60,831 nt of DNA from Bacteroidota bacterium (GTDB taxonomy: Bacteria > Bacteroidota > Bacteroidia > Bacteroidales > UBA12481), in assembly GCA_034658635.1 (NCBI GenBank), contig JAYEFL010000334.1, forward strand, positions 1-60,831, in the 5' to 3' direction. This document shows, one piece after another, positions 50,787 through 59,868 of the stretch (within the stretch, counting starts at the first letter, position 1; each line of letters starts with the position of its first letter). The notes under the pieces were generated by a model. That model saw only the letters and a list, made by a program, of their open reading frames with translations, did not search any database and was not told where the DNA came from. Made by a program: the position numbers and the translations under genes.

Positions 50787-51676
50787 TGGCTTTGCACAAT
50801 CATTCCGTTAAAGTGAGTGAGAAGGGAATGAAAGTTCTTCGTTTTCCGCTTACCAGGCTCGTTATTGCCGCAAGTATTCTTTTTGTTGGCAGCGCATTGG
50901 CGGCATTAATTGTTGAGGGGTTTCTTATGTCTTTCGGCAAAGAAGGTTATGATCAGATTAAACCAATTTTGACACCATTGTTTCAGATTGGATTTGCCCT
51001 TTTGGGTTATTGGATTTTTGTAAGCCTTTTTGATGGGCGATCCACAACGGAGTTGTCCACAGGGTTTTTTAAGCAATCGGGATTGGGAATTCTTCTTGGA
51101 TTTGGATTCATTAGTCTGGTCATGGGAATACTTGCCCTTTTGGGATATTACAGAATAGATGGACAAAATCCGGATTCTGCTATATTACAGATCTTTCTTA
51201 TGTCTCTGATGGCTGGGATCGTGGAAGAGATCTTCATGAGGGGCTATTTTTTCAGGATTGTTGAAGAAGGTTTGGGTACATGGTGGTCGGTGATTTTTTC
51301 AGCACTCCTGTTTGGTTTCCTTCATGCCTGGAATCCAAATGCATCCTTTATTAGTTCTATTTCCATTGCGCTGACGGCAGGTGTAGTGCTGGCCTTGCTG
51401 TATGCTATTACCAGAAACTTGTGGATAGTTATAGGAATGCACTTTGCCTGGAATTTTACTTTAGGCGGGATATATGGAGCACCAGTATCAGGATCGGACG
51501 CTAAGGGGTTTTTCAATGGAATTTTGGAAGGACCAGAATGGTTAACCGGTGGAGATTTTGGTCCGGAAGCTTCGCTTATTACCATGGTGGTGTTTTCCTT
51601 ATTTGGGATATACCTGATTTTTAAAACCATCCAGGTAAAACAGGTTAAATTACCTATGTGGAGGAAAAGCAAATGA
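50786..51676 (+). CDS. CPBP (Abi/CAAX) intramembrane metalloprotease
   Basis: EEIFMRG, FGFLH, HFAWN, GGDFGPE. Confidence 0.92.
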   Translation: MALHNHSVKVSEKGMKVLRFPLTRLVIAASILFVGSALAALIVEGFLMSFGKEGYDQIKPILTPLFQIGFALLGYWIFVSLFDGRSTTELSTGFFKQSGLGILLGFGFISLVMGILALLGYYRIDGQNPDSAILQIFLMSLMAGIVEEIFMRGYFFRIVEEGLGTWWSVIFSALLFGFLHAWNPNASFISSISIALTAGVVLALLYAITRNLWIVIGMHFAWNFTLGGIYGAPVSGSDAKGFFNGILEGPEWLTGGDFGPEASLITMVVFSLFGIYLIFKTIQVKQVKLPMWRKSK

Positions 51677-51689
51677 TTTCGCTTTCTTT

Positions 51690-52352
51690 TTATAACTTCC
51701 TTATTATCATGATGCCATCATAAACCGGAAGAAGCAGATTCTCAACTCGCAAGTCGTCCTGAATTTTTCGGTTGAACTCCAGAATCCCTCGTGTGAAGTG
51801 ATCATTATCCGGAAGATAAGCTTCTACAACTTTCCCGCTCCATAAAACGTTATCTGCCAGGATAAATCCCCCTGGTCGTACTTTGTCAATGACCAGATCA
51901 AAATATTTAGCATATTGATCTTTTTCAGCATCAATGAAAACCAGATCAAAAGTTTCATTTAATTCCGGTAGGATTTTCAATGCATCACCGATATGCAGAA
52001 CTACTCTGTCTGTGATATCCGCTTTTTCAAAATTGGTCAGGATAAAATCCTCCAATTCATCGTTAATTTCAATGCTTTGAATTGTTCCACCTTCATTAAG
52101 CCCTTTGGCAAGACAAATTGTTCCGTATCCTGAGAAAGTGCCAATCTCCAGAATGCTGGCTGGTCTGATCATTTTACTGATCATCTCAAGGAAAAGGCCA
52201 TTCAGATGTTCTGTTGATCTTCTTGGGTGATAGAGCTTCAGGTGTGTTTGCCGGTGAAGGTTATATAATATTTGATCCTCAGGTTTCGAATGATCAAATA
52301 TGTATTTCTGGATTTCTGAGTTCTCCAGTCCTATGTTTTTCTTATAACTCAC
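51690..52352 (-). CDS. SAM-dependent O-methyltransferase (Methyltransf_3)
   Basis: LEIGTFSGY, FIDAEK, ADNVLWSG. Confidence 0.9.
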   Translation of the reverse strand: MSYKKNIGLENSEIQKYIFDHSKPEDQILYNLHRQTHLKLYHPRRSTEHLNGLFLEMISKMIRPASILEIGTFSGYGTICLAKGLNEGGTIQSIEINDELEDFILTNFEKADITDRVVLHIGDALKILPELNETFDLVFIDAEKDQYAKYFDLVIDKVRPGGFILADNVLWSGKVVEAYLPDNDHFTRGILEFNRKIQDDLRVENLLLPVYDGIMIIRKL

Positions 52353-53569
52353 TGGAAGATTAATTGAGAAAGCTGGTCTTTCGCCAGAACCTCATTGGCT
52401 ACTTCCCAAAGTCGTTCGGCTGTAATATTCTGGATTTTTTTATTAACGATCTCAAGACTTTCAAAGCGATCGAAGAGCAGGAAAGATTTCCCGATGGTAA
52501 AAAGCAGATTCTCCTTGTTGTCAGCAGATATTGCTATTTGTCCGATAATCTGATTTTTAGCTCTGTGCAACTGCATGCTTCCAAGCTTTTTAGTTCGTAG
52601 AGTTTCCAGTTCTTTGTGAACCAATTTGATGCTTTTGTCCAGTTTGTCCTTGTCGGTGCCAAAATAAATGGTCAGCACTCCGGTATCAATATAAGGTGTA
52701 AATGTAGACTCCACCGAATAAGCGTAACCATGTTTTTCACGAAGCGACATGTTCAATCGTGAGTTGAGTCCTTGTCCACCTAATAAATTGTTCAAGAGAA
52801 TCAGGTCCATACGTCTTTTGTCCATAGCATTATATGCCGTATTGCCAATGATGCAATGTGACTGAAATGTATTCATCTCATTAATTACTCTCACTGGTTT
52901 GTAATCATCAAAACTTTTTCTGATTGTTTTGCTATGATTAGCGGGTACGTCACCCAGGTATTTCTCTGCTAATCTCACTACTCTGGAAAAAGATTCTGCT
53001 CCCACAGAACAGAATATCATTTGGTCTGTATGATAGTTCCGGTTCATGAATCCTTCGATTCCTTTTTTGTCAAATGATCGTAAGGTTTCAGGTGTACCAA
53101 GGATATTCCTGCCAATGGGATGGTTTGCAAAGATTACTTCTTCAAAGTCATCAAAGATCAACTCGGAAGGATTGTCTTTAAATGAATTGATCTCATCCAT
53201 TACTACATCCTTCTCTTTATTAAGCTCTGCTATTGGGAATGTTGAATGGAATACAATGTCAGACAATAATTCAAGAGCTCTGTCGAAATGTGGTTTTAAG
53301 AAAGCAGCGTAAAAAGCAGTTTCCTCTTTGGTAGTATAGGCATTTATTTCTCCCCCAACATCATCCAGGCGACTGAGGATATGATATGCTTTCCGTTTAG
53401 TAGTTCCCTTAAATATTACGTGTTCAATGAAATGGGCCAATCCGTGTTCATCCTCTGTTTCGTCTCTTGATCCGGCATTAACCAGAATGCCGCAATGAGA
53501 AACCGGTGAGTTGACCGGGATGTGAACCACACGGATGCCATTTTTTAGAGTATGAATTTCGTATTCCAT
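52349..53569 (-). CDS. M16 (pitrilysin) family zinc peptidase
   Basis: GLAHFIEH (HxxEH), NAYT.KE, SRL...LREK.GYAY. Start moved to ATG 53569. Confidence 0.93.
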   Translation of the reverse strand: MEYEIHTLKNGIRVVHIPVNSPVSHCGILVNAGSRDETEDEHGLAHFIEHVIFKGTTKRKAYHILSRLDDVGGEINAYTTKEETAFYAAFLKPHFDRALELLSDIVFHSTFPIAELNKEKDVVMDEINSFKDNPSELIFDDFEEVIFANHPIGRNILGTPETLRSFDKKGIEGFMNRNYHTDQMIFCSVGAESFSRVVRLAEKYLGDVPANHSKTIRKSFDDYKPVRVINEMNTFQSHCIIGNTAYNAMDKRRMDLILLNNLLGGQGLNSRLNMSLREKHGYAYSVESTFTPYIDTGVLTIYFGTDKDKLDKSIKLVHKELETLRTKKLGSMQLHRAKNQIIGQIAISADNKENLLFTIGKSFLLFDRFESLEIVNKKIQNITAERLWEVANEVLAKDQLSQLIFQ

Positions 53570-53708
53570 TAAGATGTTGCAAATCAGTCCGCAAAGGTAG
53601 TAAAACAATATACAGATTAGCTATTTGAAATGGATTTAAATAAGAGATTTTGCGTAGTATGCTTTGCCCATTTAATTATTTGCTTTACATTTGTCCACTC
53701 GAAAAAAA

Positions 53709-53781
<73 letters not shown>

Positions 53782-53783
53782 CC

Positions 53784-53813
53784 CTAAAAAGCCGGCAAAT
53801 GCCGGCTTTTTAG
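53784..53813 (+). terminator. Rho-independent terminator after tRNA-Phe
   Basis: CTAAAAAGCCGGCA-AA-TGCCGGCTTTTTAG. Confidence 0.88.
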
Positions 53814-53906
53814 CTTCCATTAATTTGTAAAATAGTTGTTATAAATGATTTCCGCGGAGTCTCTATTGGTAGAAAATGACTAATTTTTGCAAAAAATTGC
53901 TAGTAA

Positions 53907-56378
53907 ATGAGACGATGGATACTTGGTATAGCATTTATGTTAGTTGGATGGTTGACATCTATGCAAGCCCAGCAAGGTGCAGAAGGACCGGATTTTCCTC
54001 CTTATCCGGATGAGCGGATTGCTGTCTCAAATCGCTTAAAAGTTCTTCCCTTAAAGGTAGATAATAGTCAGTTTGAATACTTTCCACCAATAATCAGTCA
54101 GTTAGGCTGGAGTTGTAATCAGGCCAGTTCGATAGGCTATTTGCTGACATATGAATTGAACCGAAAGCGTGAGTTGGATGGAGAATTGCCTGAAAATCAG
54201 TACTCCCCGTCTTATCCTTGGAATTTTCTAAGTGCGGAATCTAAGACTACAGGCGTTAGTTATTTTGATACCTGGGAGATAATTAAAGCCAATGGCTGTC
54301 CGAATATTATTGATTTTCCTTATACCGGTGTAAATAGTGTTTGGATGAATGGCTTTGATAAGTACCTCAGAGCCATGAAAAATAAGGTGGTGAATAATTA
54401 TTCTATTTCAGTAAGTGATGCTGCAGGACTGCGAGTGCTTAAAACATATTTATTTAATCACAACGACTCATTCAGATTTGGTGGGCTTGCTAATGTGCAG
54501 ATAGCCTCCAGTGGATGGGCGATCCGGCTTTTGCCATCTGATTCATACGATTCTGGCACTGCAGTGATTACCTCTTTTGGAAGAAATGTTGGCCATGCAC
54601 TCACTATCGTAGGATTTAATGATCAGGTGCAGTATGATTTTAATGGAGACGGATTATACACTAATGATCTTGATCTTAATGATGACGGAGAGGTGACCAT
54701 GGCAGATTGGGAAAAGGGTGCCTTGTTGGCAGTCAATACATATGGAAAAGACTGGGGAAGCAGGGGGAAAGCCTATATTCCTTATCGCTTGCTAACACGA
54801 TATGGTTACGAGGGAGGTATTTGGAATCGCTCTGTTCATGTGGTTGATGTGCTTCATAATTATGAACCCGCTCTGGTATTAAAACTGGAGATTGCACATT
54901 CAAACAGAGGCATGTTGCGTGTTACCCTTGGATGCTCAAATGATCCCGAAGCTGAATATCCAGAGTATATACATGCTTTCCCAATGTTGAATTACCATGG
55001 AGGGTTAAGCAGTTTAGGTGCCCAAGGCGATGATAGTCATATGCATTTAGGACTTGACATTACTCCGGTTCTGGCTCATCTTGAGTCTGGAAAACCAGTC
55101 AAATTCTTTTTGATGATTGATGAACGTGACCCACTTGATCTTGCAAATGGTTCGGTTTACAGTTATAGTATTATTAACTATTTGGAAAATGATACTTTAG
55201 TTGCTGAAAAATCGGGCGTGTTCCCAATCAAAGCTAATCAAACAACAATTCTGGAAATAGGTCATGAATTGAATTTTGATCCTGTTCAGGTAGCAGATTA
55301 TCAGATTCAATATACAAGTGAGAATCAATGGCTGAGTGTGCCTCTTTACGCTAGTGGTATTTCAGGAAGTGCTAACTGGGAGATTTATCCTGACTACCGG
55401 GAGGATACTACTGGCCGTGAATTTCCTGAATTATCAGGTGATTATTTGCCCTTCTATACATCATCTGATGGGTTCCTTACTATTGATCTTCCCTTTGATT
55501 TTCCTTTTTACGGAGAGATGTTTGATAAACTTTATGCTGATGAATCCGGATATCTGTACCTGCAAACTCAGTATCAGGATTATCCATACTCCATAGATAA
55601 AGAGCTGGTATTTAGACAGCGGAAAAGTATTGTTCCTTTTGGTCAGGATCTGATGTTTTACCAAGAAGGTAACGGCATATATTACGAATCAACAGATTCT
55701 GTGGCAAAGATTTTTTGGGATTGTTCTGCACAGATTGGGTCAAGCCAGGGGCCTTTTCGTTTCGCCTGCTATTTGTATCCTGATGGTCTGATTGAGTTTC
55801 ATTATGGAGGAGATCTTAATGGATCCGAACGCTCAGATTATCGCAGTGGCCTCTCACGGGGTAATGGTAAACAGGTTTTTGTCACTACTTCGTCGAATCT
55901 TGGAAAAGTACACTCTGATAAGCTGGTCAGGCTTATTCCTTACCAGATTCCACCAAAAACAAAGATCGAATCAAACCGCTATCTACTTACGCGGCCTGAA
56001 GAAAAAAATCAGTTTTATGAGATTAAGGTTAAGGTTACTGATATAAATTTCCAGGAATCCTTCGGGCTTATCCCAATATCTACACTTGATTTTTCCTCAC
56101 CTGATATGCTTGCCACTGCTTTTCCTAACCCATTTACAGAGTCTACAAGCCTGAGTTTTGTAGTGAAAGAAAAATCACTGGTCAGGATTCAGATTTTTGA
56201 TTTATTTGGCCGGCATTTGAGGGATTTGCTTGTTGAGGAATTCGAGAAAGGGATTCATCAGATTGATTGGGACGGACGCTCAGATCATGGTTCAGAATGT
56301 CTTCCGGGAGTCTATTTGGTTCGTATTTTTATTGGTGAAGAAAAACAAAGTGTAAAGATTCTTAAAAACGCTTGCTAA
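53907..56378 (+). CDS. Secreted papain-like (C1A) cysteine protease with T9SS/FlgD-type C-terminal domain
   Basis: Signal peptide; SQLGWSCNQ (Gln/Cys), GHALTIVGF (His), NTYG..WG..G.AYI.Y (Asn); C-terminal FPNPF...IFDL.GR...WDGR...PGVYLVR...K. Confidence 0.78.
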   Translation: MRRWILGIAFMLVGWLTSMQAQQGAEGPDFPPYPDERIAVSNRLKVLPLKVDNSQFEYFPPIISQLGWSCNQASSIGYLLTYELNRKRELDGELPENQYSPSYPWNFLSAESKTTGVSYFDTWEIIKANGCPNIIDFPYTGVNSVWMNGFDKYLRAMKNKVVNNYSISVSDAAGLRVLKTYLFNHNDSFRFGGLANVQIASSGWAIRLLPSDSYDSGTAVITSFGRNVGHALTIVGFNDQVQYDFNGDGLYTNDLDLNDDGEVTMADWEKGALLAVNTYGKDWGSRGKAYIPYRLLTRYGYEGGIWNRSVHVVDVLHNYEPALVLKLEIAHSNRGMLRVTLGCSNDPEAEYPEYIHAFPMLNYHGGLSSLGAQGDDSHMHLGLDITPVLAHLESGKPVKFFLMIDERDPLDLANGSVYSYSIINYLENDTLVAEKSGVFPIKANQTTILEIGHELNFDPVQVADYQIQYTSENQWLSVPLYASGISGSANWEIYPDYREDTTGREFPELSGDYLPFYTSSDGFLTIDLPFDFPFYGEMFDKLYADESGYLYLQTQYQDYPYSIDKELVFRQRKSIVPFGQDLMFYQEGNGIYYESTDSVAKIFWDCSAQIGSSQGPFRFACYLYPDGLIEFHYGGDLNGSERSDYRSGLSRGNGKQVFVTTSSNLGKVHSDKLVRLIPYQIPPKTKIESNRYLLTRPEEKNQFYEIKVKVTDINFQESFGLIPISTLDFSSPDMLATAFPNPFTESTSLSFVVKEKSLVRIQIFDLFGRHLRDLLVEEFEKGIHQIDWDGRSDHGSECLPGVYLVRIFIGEEKQSVKILKNAC

Positions 56379-56425
56379 AACATATGAATATATGTAAATT
56401 GGTAGTAGTGTAACTCATTACTATC

Positions 56426-57196
56426 ATGGACTATCAAATTCTTAAGCCTGAGCGCTTCGGAGCGGTTGAGGTATTAACCATTTCCCGTCCCAAGGCTTTA
56501 AATGCGCTGAATTCGGCCTTTTTTGAAGAGCTGAACACTTTCCTTGACGATATTGTTGCCAACGATCCAATCCGGGTTTTAGTTATCACCGGTGAGGGTA
56601 AAGCTTTTGTGGCTGGAGCAGATATCTCTGAGATGGTTGACCTGAGCCCCTCTGTGGCTAAGGGTTTTTCTGAAAAGGGTCAACAAACTTTTCTCAGAAT
56701 TGAACGGCTTCCAATTCCGGTGATTGCTGCAGTTAATGGATATGCTCTTGGGGGCGGATGTGAACTGGCAATGGCTTGTGACATAAGAATTGCCTCAAAA
56801 AAAGCCCTTTTTGGTTTGCCGGAAGTAGGCTTGGGCCTGATCCCGGGGTATGCTGGTACTCAGCGTCTGCCACGACTTGTTGGTCTTGGAAATGCCCTTA
56901 TGTGTATGATGACCGGAGATGCTGTCAGCGCTGAAGAAGCCTTCCGCATGGGCTTGGTTCAACAATTAGCTGAGCCGGAAGAATTGGCTGCTGTGGCTCT
57001 CAAACTGGCCGAAAAAATAGCCTCCCGCGGACCCAAAGCTGTAAGAAATGTGAAGGAAGTTACACGTGGTGGTCTGCACCTTACTACAGAAAAAGCCCTG
57101 GATCTTGAAAAATCCAGATTTTCCGAGCTGTTTATAGACGAAGGGAAAGTTGGCATGAAGGCATTTCTCAATAAAGAGAAGCCGAAGTGGGATTAA
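56426..57196 (+). CDS. Enoyl-CoA hydratase (crotonase)
   Basis: RPKALNALN, AFVAGADI, ALGGGCELA.ACD, FGLPEV.LGLIPG.AGTQRL. Confidence 0.93.
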   Translation: MDYQILKPERFGAVEVLTISRPKALNALNSAFFEELNTFLDDIVANDPIRVLVITGEGKAFVAGADISEMVDLSPSVAKGFSEKGQQTFLRIERLPIPVIAAVNGYALGGGCELAMACDIRIASKKALFGLPEVGLGLIPGYAGTQRLPRLVGLGNALMCMMTGDAVSAEEAFRMGLVQQLAEPEELAAVALKLAEKIASRGPKAVRNVKEVTRGGLHLTTEKALDLEKSRFSELFIDEGKVGMKAFLNKEKPKWD

Positions 57197-57206
57197 AATA
57201 ATTATC

Positions 57207-58535
57207 ATGGAGTATATAGAAAAATTTAGAAAAGTGGCAGTTCTTGGAGCTGCCGGAAAGATGGGCAGCGGAATTCTGCTTCTCACAGCTATGGAAATGG
57301 CTGAATTGAAACTTCAGAACAAGAATCTGAAGGCAGTTCTTTATGCTATTGATGTATCAGCTGATGGTTTGGCCGGACTTCTTGAATATATTGAATCCCA
57401 GGTGATAAGGGCGGCTGAGAAAAAAACAGTCGTGCTGAGGAAACTATATGCAGATCGGGAGGATTTGATTGAAAATGGTGATGTGATCAGCCAGTATGCC
57501 AAGGATGTGTTAGCGATGGTCAGAACCTCTTCACATTTGTCAGATGCCTATGGTTCAAGTCTGGTTTTTGAGGCTATTAAAGAGGATCCAAAGTTGAAAG
57601 TGACAATCCTTAAAGAAATTGATCTGAACAGCGAAGAAAAACCCTGGTACTTTACTAATACATCCTCGATACCAATCGGAGAATTGAATCAGGATGCTGA
57701 ATTAGATGGCAGAGTTATCGGGTTTCATTTTTATAATCCACCTGCTGTTCAAAGGCTGGTAGAACTGATTCCTTCTGATCAAACACTGCCTGAGCTAACA
57801 GAGTTTGCCAAAAATTACGCAAAGAAGCTCAGGAAAGTTCTGATTCCTTCCAATGATTTTGCCGGGTTTATTGGCAATGGCCATTTCATGCGGGATGCAC
57901 TCTATGGAATTCAGGAAGTTGAGAAGCTTAGTGATGAAATGGGATTTCCCACAGCTATATGGGTAATTAACAAGCTTAGTCAGGAATTCCTGATAAGACC
58001 AATGGGGATCTTTCAACTCGTAGATTATGTGGGGATTGATGTTGTGTCTTATATCATGGGAGTAATGAATCCTTACCTTGAAAATGAGAACCTGTATAGC
58101 CAACTGCTGGAAGATTTACTCGCTAAGGGTGTCAGGGGTGGCCAATTCTCCAATGGATCTCAGAAGGATGGCTTTTTCAAGTATGAACGAGGAAGACCTT
58201 CAGCAATATTCGATATCAATACAGGAGAATATGCTCCCTTGGATGAAGCAAATAAGGCAGCTGGAAAATTTCTGGGTTCTCTGCCAGAAGCCTTTAACTG
58301 GAAGCAGGTTAATTTTTCACCCAAAAAGAATGAGCTTCTTGAGAATTTCTTTAAGGCCCTGGGTGCCATGAATACCACAGGAGCCAGAATGGCAAAAGCC
58401 TACGGTCTTAACTCAAAGGCAATAGGAGAATTGCTGCTTAATTCAAACGTGGCTGCCACGGAGAAGGATGTTAACAAGGTTCTGGAAACCGGATTTTTTC
58501 ATGCTTATGGTCCGATTAATAACTACTTTAATTAG
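57207..58535 (+). CDS. 3-hydroxyacyl-CoA dehydrogenase family protein (atypical, 442 aa)
   Basis: GAAGKMG, FEAIKE, NTSSI, HFYNPP...LVE, GFIGN, PMG.F.L.D..G.D. Confidence 0.85.
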   Translation: MEYIEKFRKVAVLGAAGKMGSGILLLTAMEMAELKLQNKNLKAVLYAIDVSADGLAGLLEYIESQVIRAAEKKTVVLRKLYADREDLIENGDVISQYAKDVLAMVRTSSHLSDAYGSSLVFEAIKEDPKLKVTILKEIDLNSEEKPWYFTNTSSIPIGELNQDAELDGRVIGFHFYNPPAVQRLVELIPSDQTLPELTEFAKNYAKKLRKVLIPSNDFAGFIGNGHFMRDALYGIQEVEKLSDEMGFPTAIWVINKLSQEFLIRPMGIFQLVDYVGIDVVSYIMGVMNPYLENENLYSQLLEDLLAKGVRGGQFSNGSQKDGFFKYERGRPSAIFDINTGEYAPLDEANKAAGKFLGSLPEAFNWKQVNFSPKKNELLENFFKALGAMNTTGARMAKAYGLNSKAIGELLLNSNVAATEKDVNKVLETGFFHAYGPINNYFN

Positions 58536-58541
58536 GTTGAA

Positions 58542-59786
58542 ATGAAGAACTTACGAAAGAAAGTATATATGGTAGCAGGGTATAATACTATTTCCCTGGG
58601 TACCGGTAGAAAAGAGTTTAATCCAAAGAAACCTCGTCCGGGTCTGGAACATTATATTACTGAGGCAGGTCAGAATACTCTCAAGCAAATTGGTGGAGGA
58701 AAGAATGTTGACGAATGTGTGATTGGGAATTTTATGTCCGCCCGTTTTAACAAACAGGCGAATTTACCAGGGTTTTTCCCCATGATAGATTCAGACCTGC
58801 GTTTTAAGTCTGCTACCTGTGTTGAAGGAGCCTGTGGTTCAGGTGGGTTAGCCCTCACCTCTGGTATCCGTGCTGTTTTAGCAGAAACTGCCGATGTGGT
58901 TCTTAGCATTGGGGTGGAAGTTCAAAATACTATGAAGGCCATTTATGGTGCTGATGTTCTGGCTGGAGCCGGATGGTTTCAGGATCGAAAAAAAGGACAC
59001 GCATATTTTTTCCCGGGACAATTCAGTAATCGGGCTGGAGCCTACTTTGAGAAGTATGGCCGCGAGAAAGCCCGTCAGTCATTTGCCAGATGGTACGCGA
59101 TTATGGTTGAGAACGCCCGTTTATGTTCTACTGCCCAGGAGCACCACAACGCTACTGAAAATCTGGAAGAAATGGCCATGATGGAGCCAAATCCCAAATC
59201 TTTTGTTGATCACCTGAATGTATTTGATTGCTCCAAAGTTTCTGATGGAGCTTCTGCGATAGCTATAGCATCAGAAGAAGGTTTGGCAAAGATGGGGATT
59301 GATGCTTCAGACGCTATCGAAGTGATTGGCTGGGCACAGGTGGTAGAGGATCTCACCAAACCTCCTGAAGATGCTACCGTTTTAACTACAATAAAAAAAG
59401 CCGTCAGTCTGGCTCTCGAACGAGCAGGAATTACAATTGATAAGATCGGTACTATTGAAACGCACGACTGTTTTACTGTTGCTGCTGTTCTTGGAATTGA
59501 GGCAATGGGATTAGCAGAACCCGGAAAAGGACCGGAGTTTATTCTTGACGGACATACAGCAAGAGATGGAAAGGTTCCGATGAATACTACAGGAGGACTA
59601 ATAGGATGGGGACACCCAACCGGCGCAACCGGAGTTCATCAGGCAGTAACAATTTGGGAACAATTGACCGGAAAAGCCGGAGATAACCAAATCAGGATTA
59701 ACCCAGATCGGCCGTATGGAATGACAGTAAACATGGGAGGTGATGATAAGACTGTGGTTGCAATTATTTATAAGAAGGGTGACTGA
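58542..59786 (+). CDS. Thiolase, SCP2-like subfamily
   Basis: EGACGSG (nucleophile Cys), SDGA, ETHDCF, GHPTGATG, NMGG in place of CxG. Confidence 0.85.
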   Translation: MKNLRKKVYMVAGYNTISLGTGRKEFNPKKPRPGLEHYITEAGQNTLKQIGGGKNVDECVIGNFMSARFNKQANLPGFFPMIDSDLRFKSATCVEGACGSGGLALTSGIRAVLAETADVVLSIGVEVQNTMKAIYGADVLAGAGWFQDRKKGHAYFFPGQFSNRAGAYFEKYGREKARQSFARWYAIMVENARLCSTAQEHHNATENLEEMAMMEPNPKSFVDHLNVFDCSKVSDGASAIAIASEEGLAKMGIDASDAIEVIGWAQVVEDLTKPPEDATVLTTIKKAVSLALERAGITIDKIGTIETHDCFTVAAVLGIEAMGLAEPGKGPEFILDGHTARDGKVPMNTTGGLIGWGHPTGATGVHQAVTIWEQLTGKAGDNQIRINPDRPYGMTVNMGGDDKTVVAIIYKKGD

Positions 59787-59824
59787 GTGATCAAGTGATC
59801 AAGTGATCAAGTGAACAAGTGAAC
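59786..59824 (+). repeat. Octamer tandem repeat AGTGA(T/A)CA, about 5 copies
   Basis: AGTGATCA x3, AGTGAACA, AGTGAAC, beginning at the last base of the thiolase TGA. Confidence 0.95.
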
Positions 59825-59868
59825 GGGATACCTTGTTTTTTTCTGACAACTGAAAACTATTTTATATT

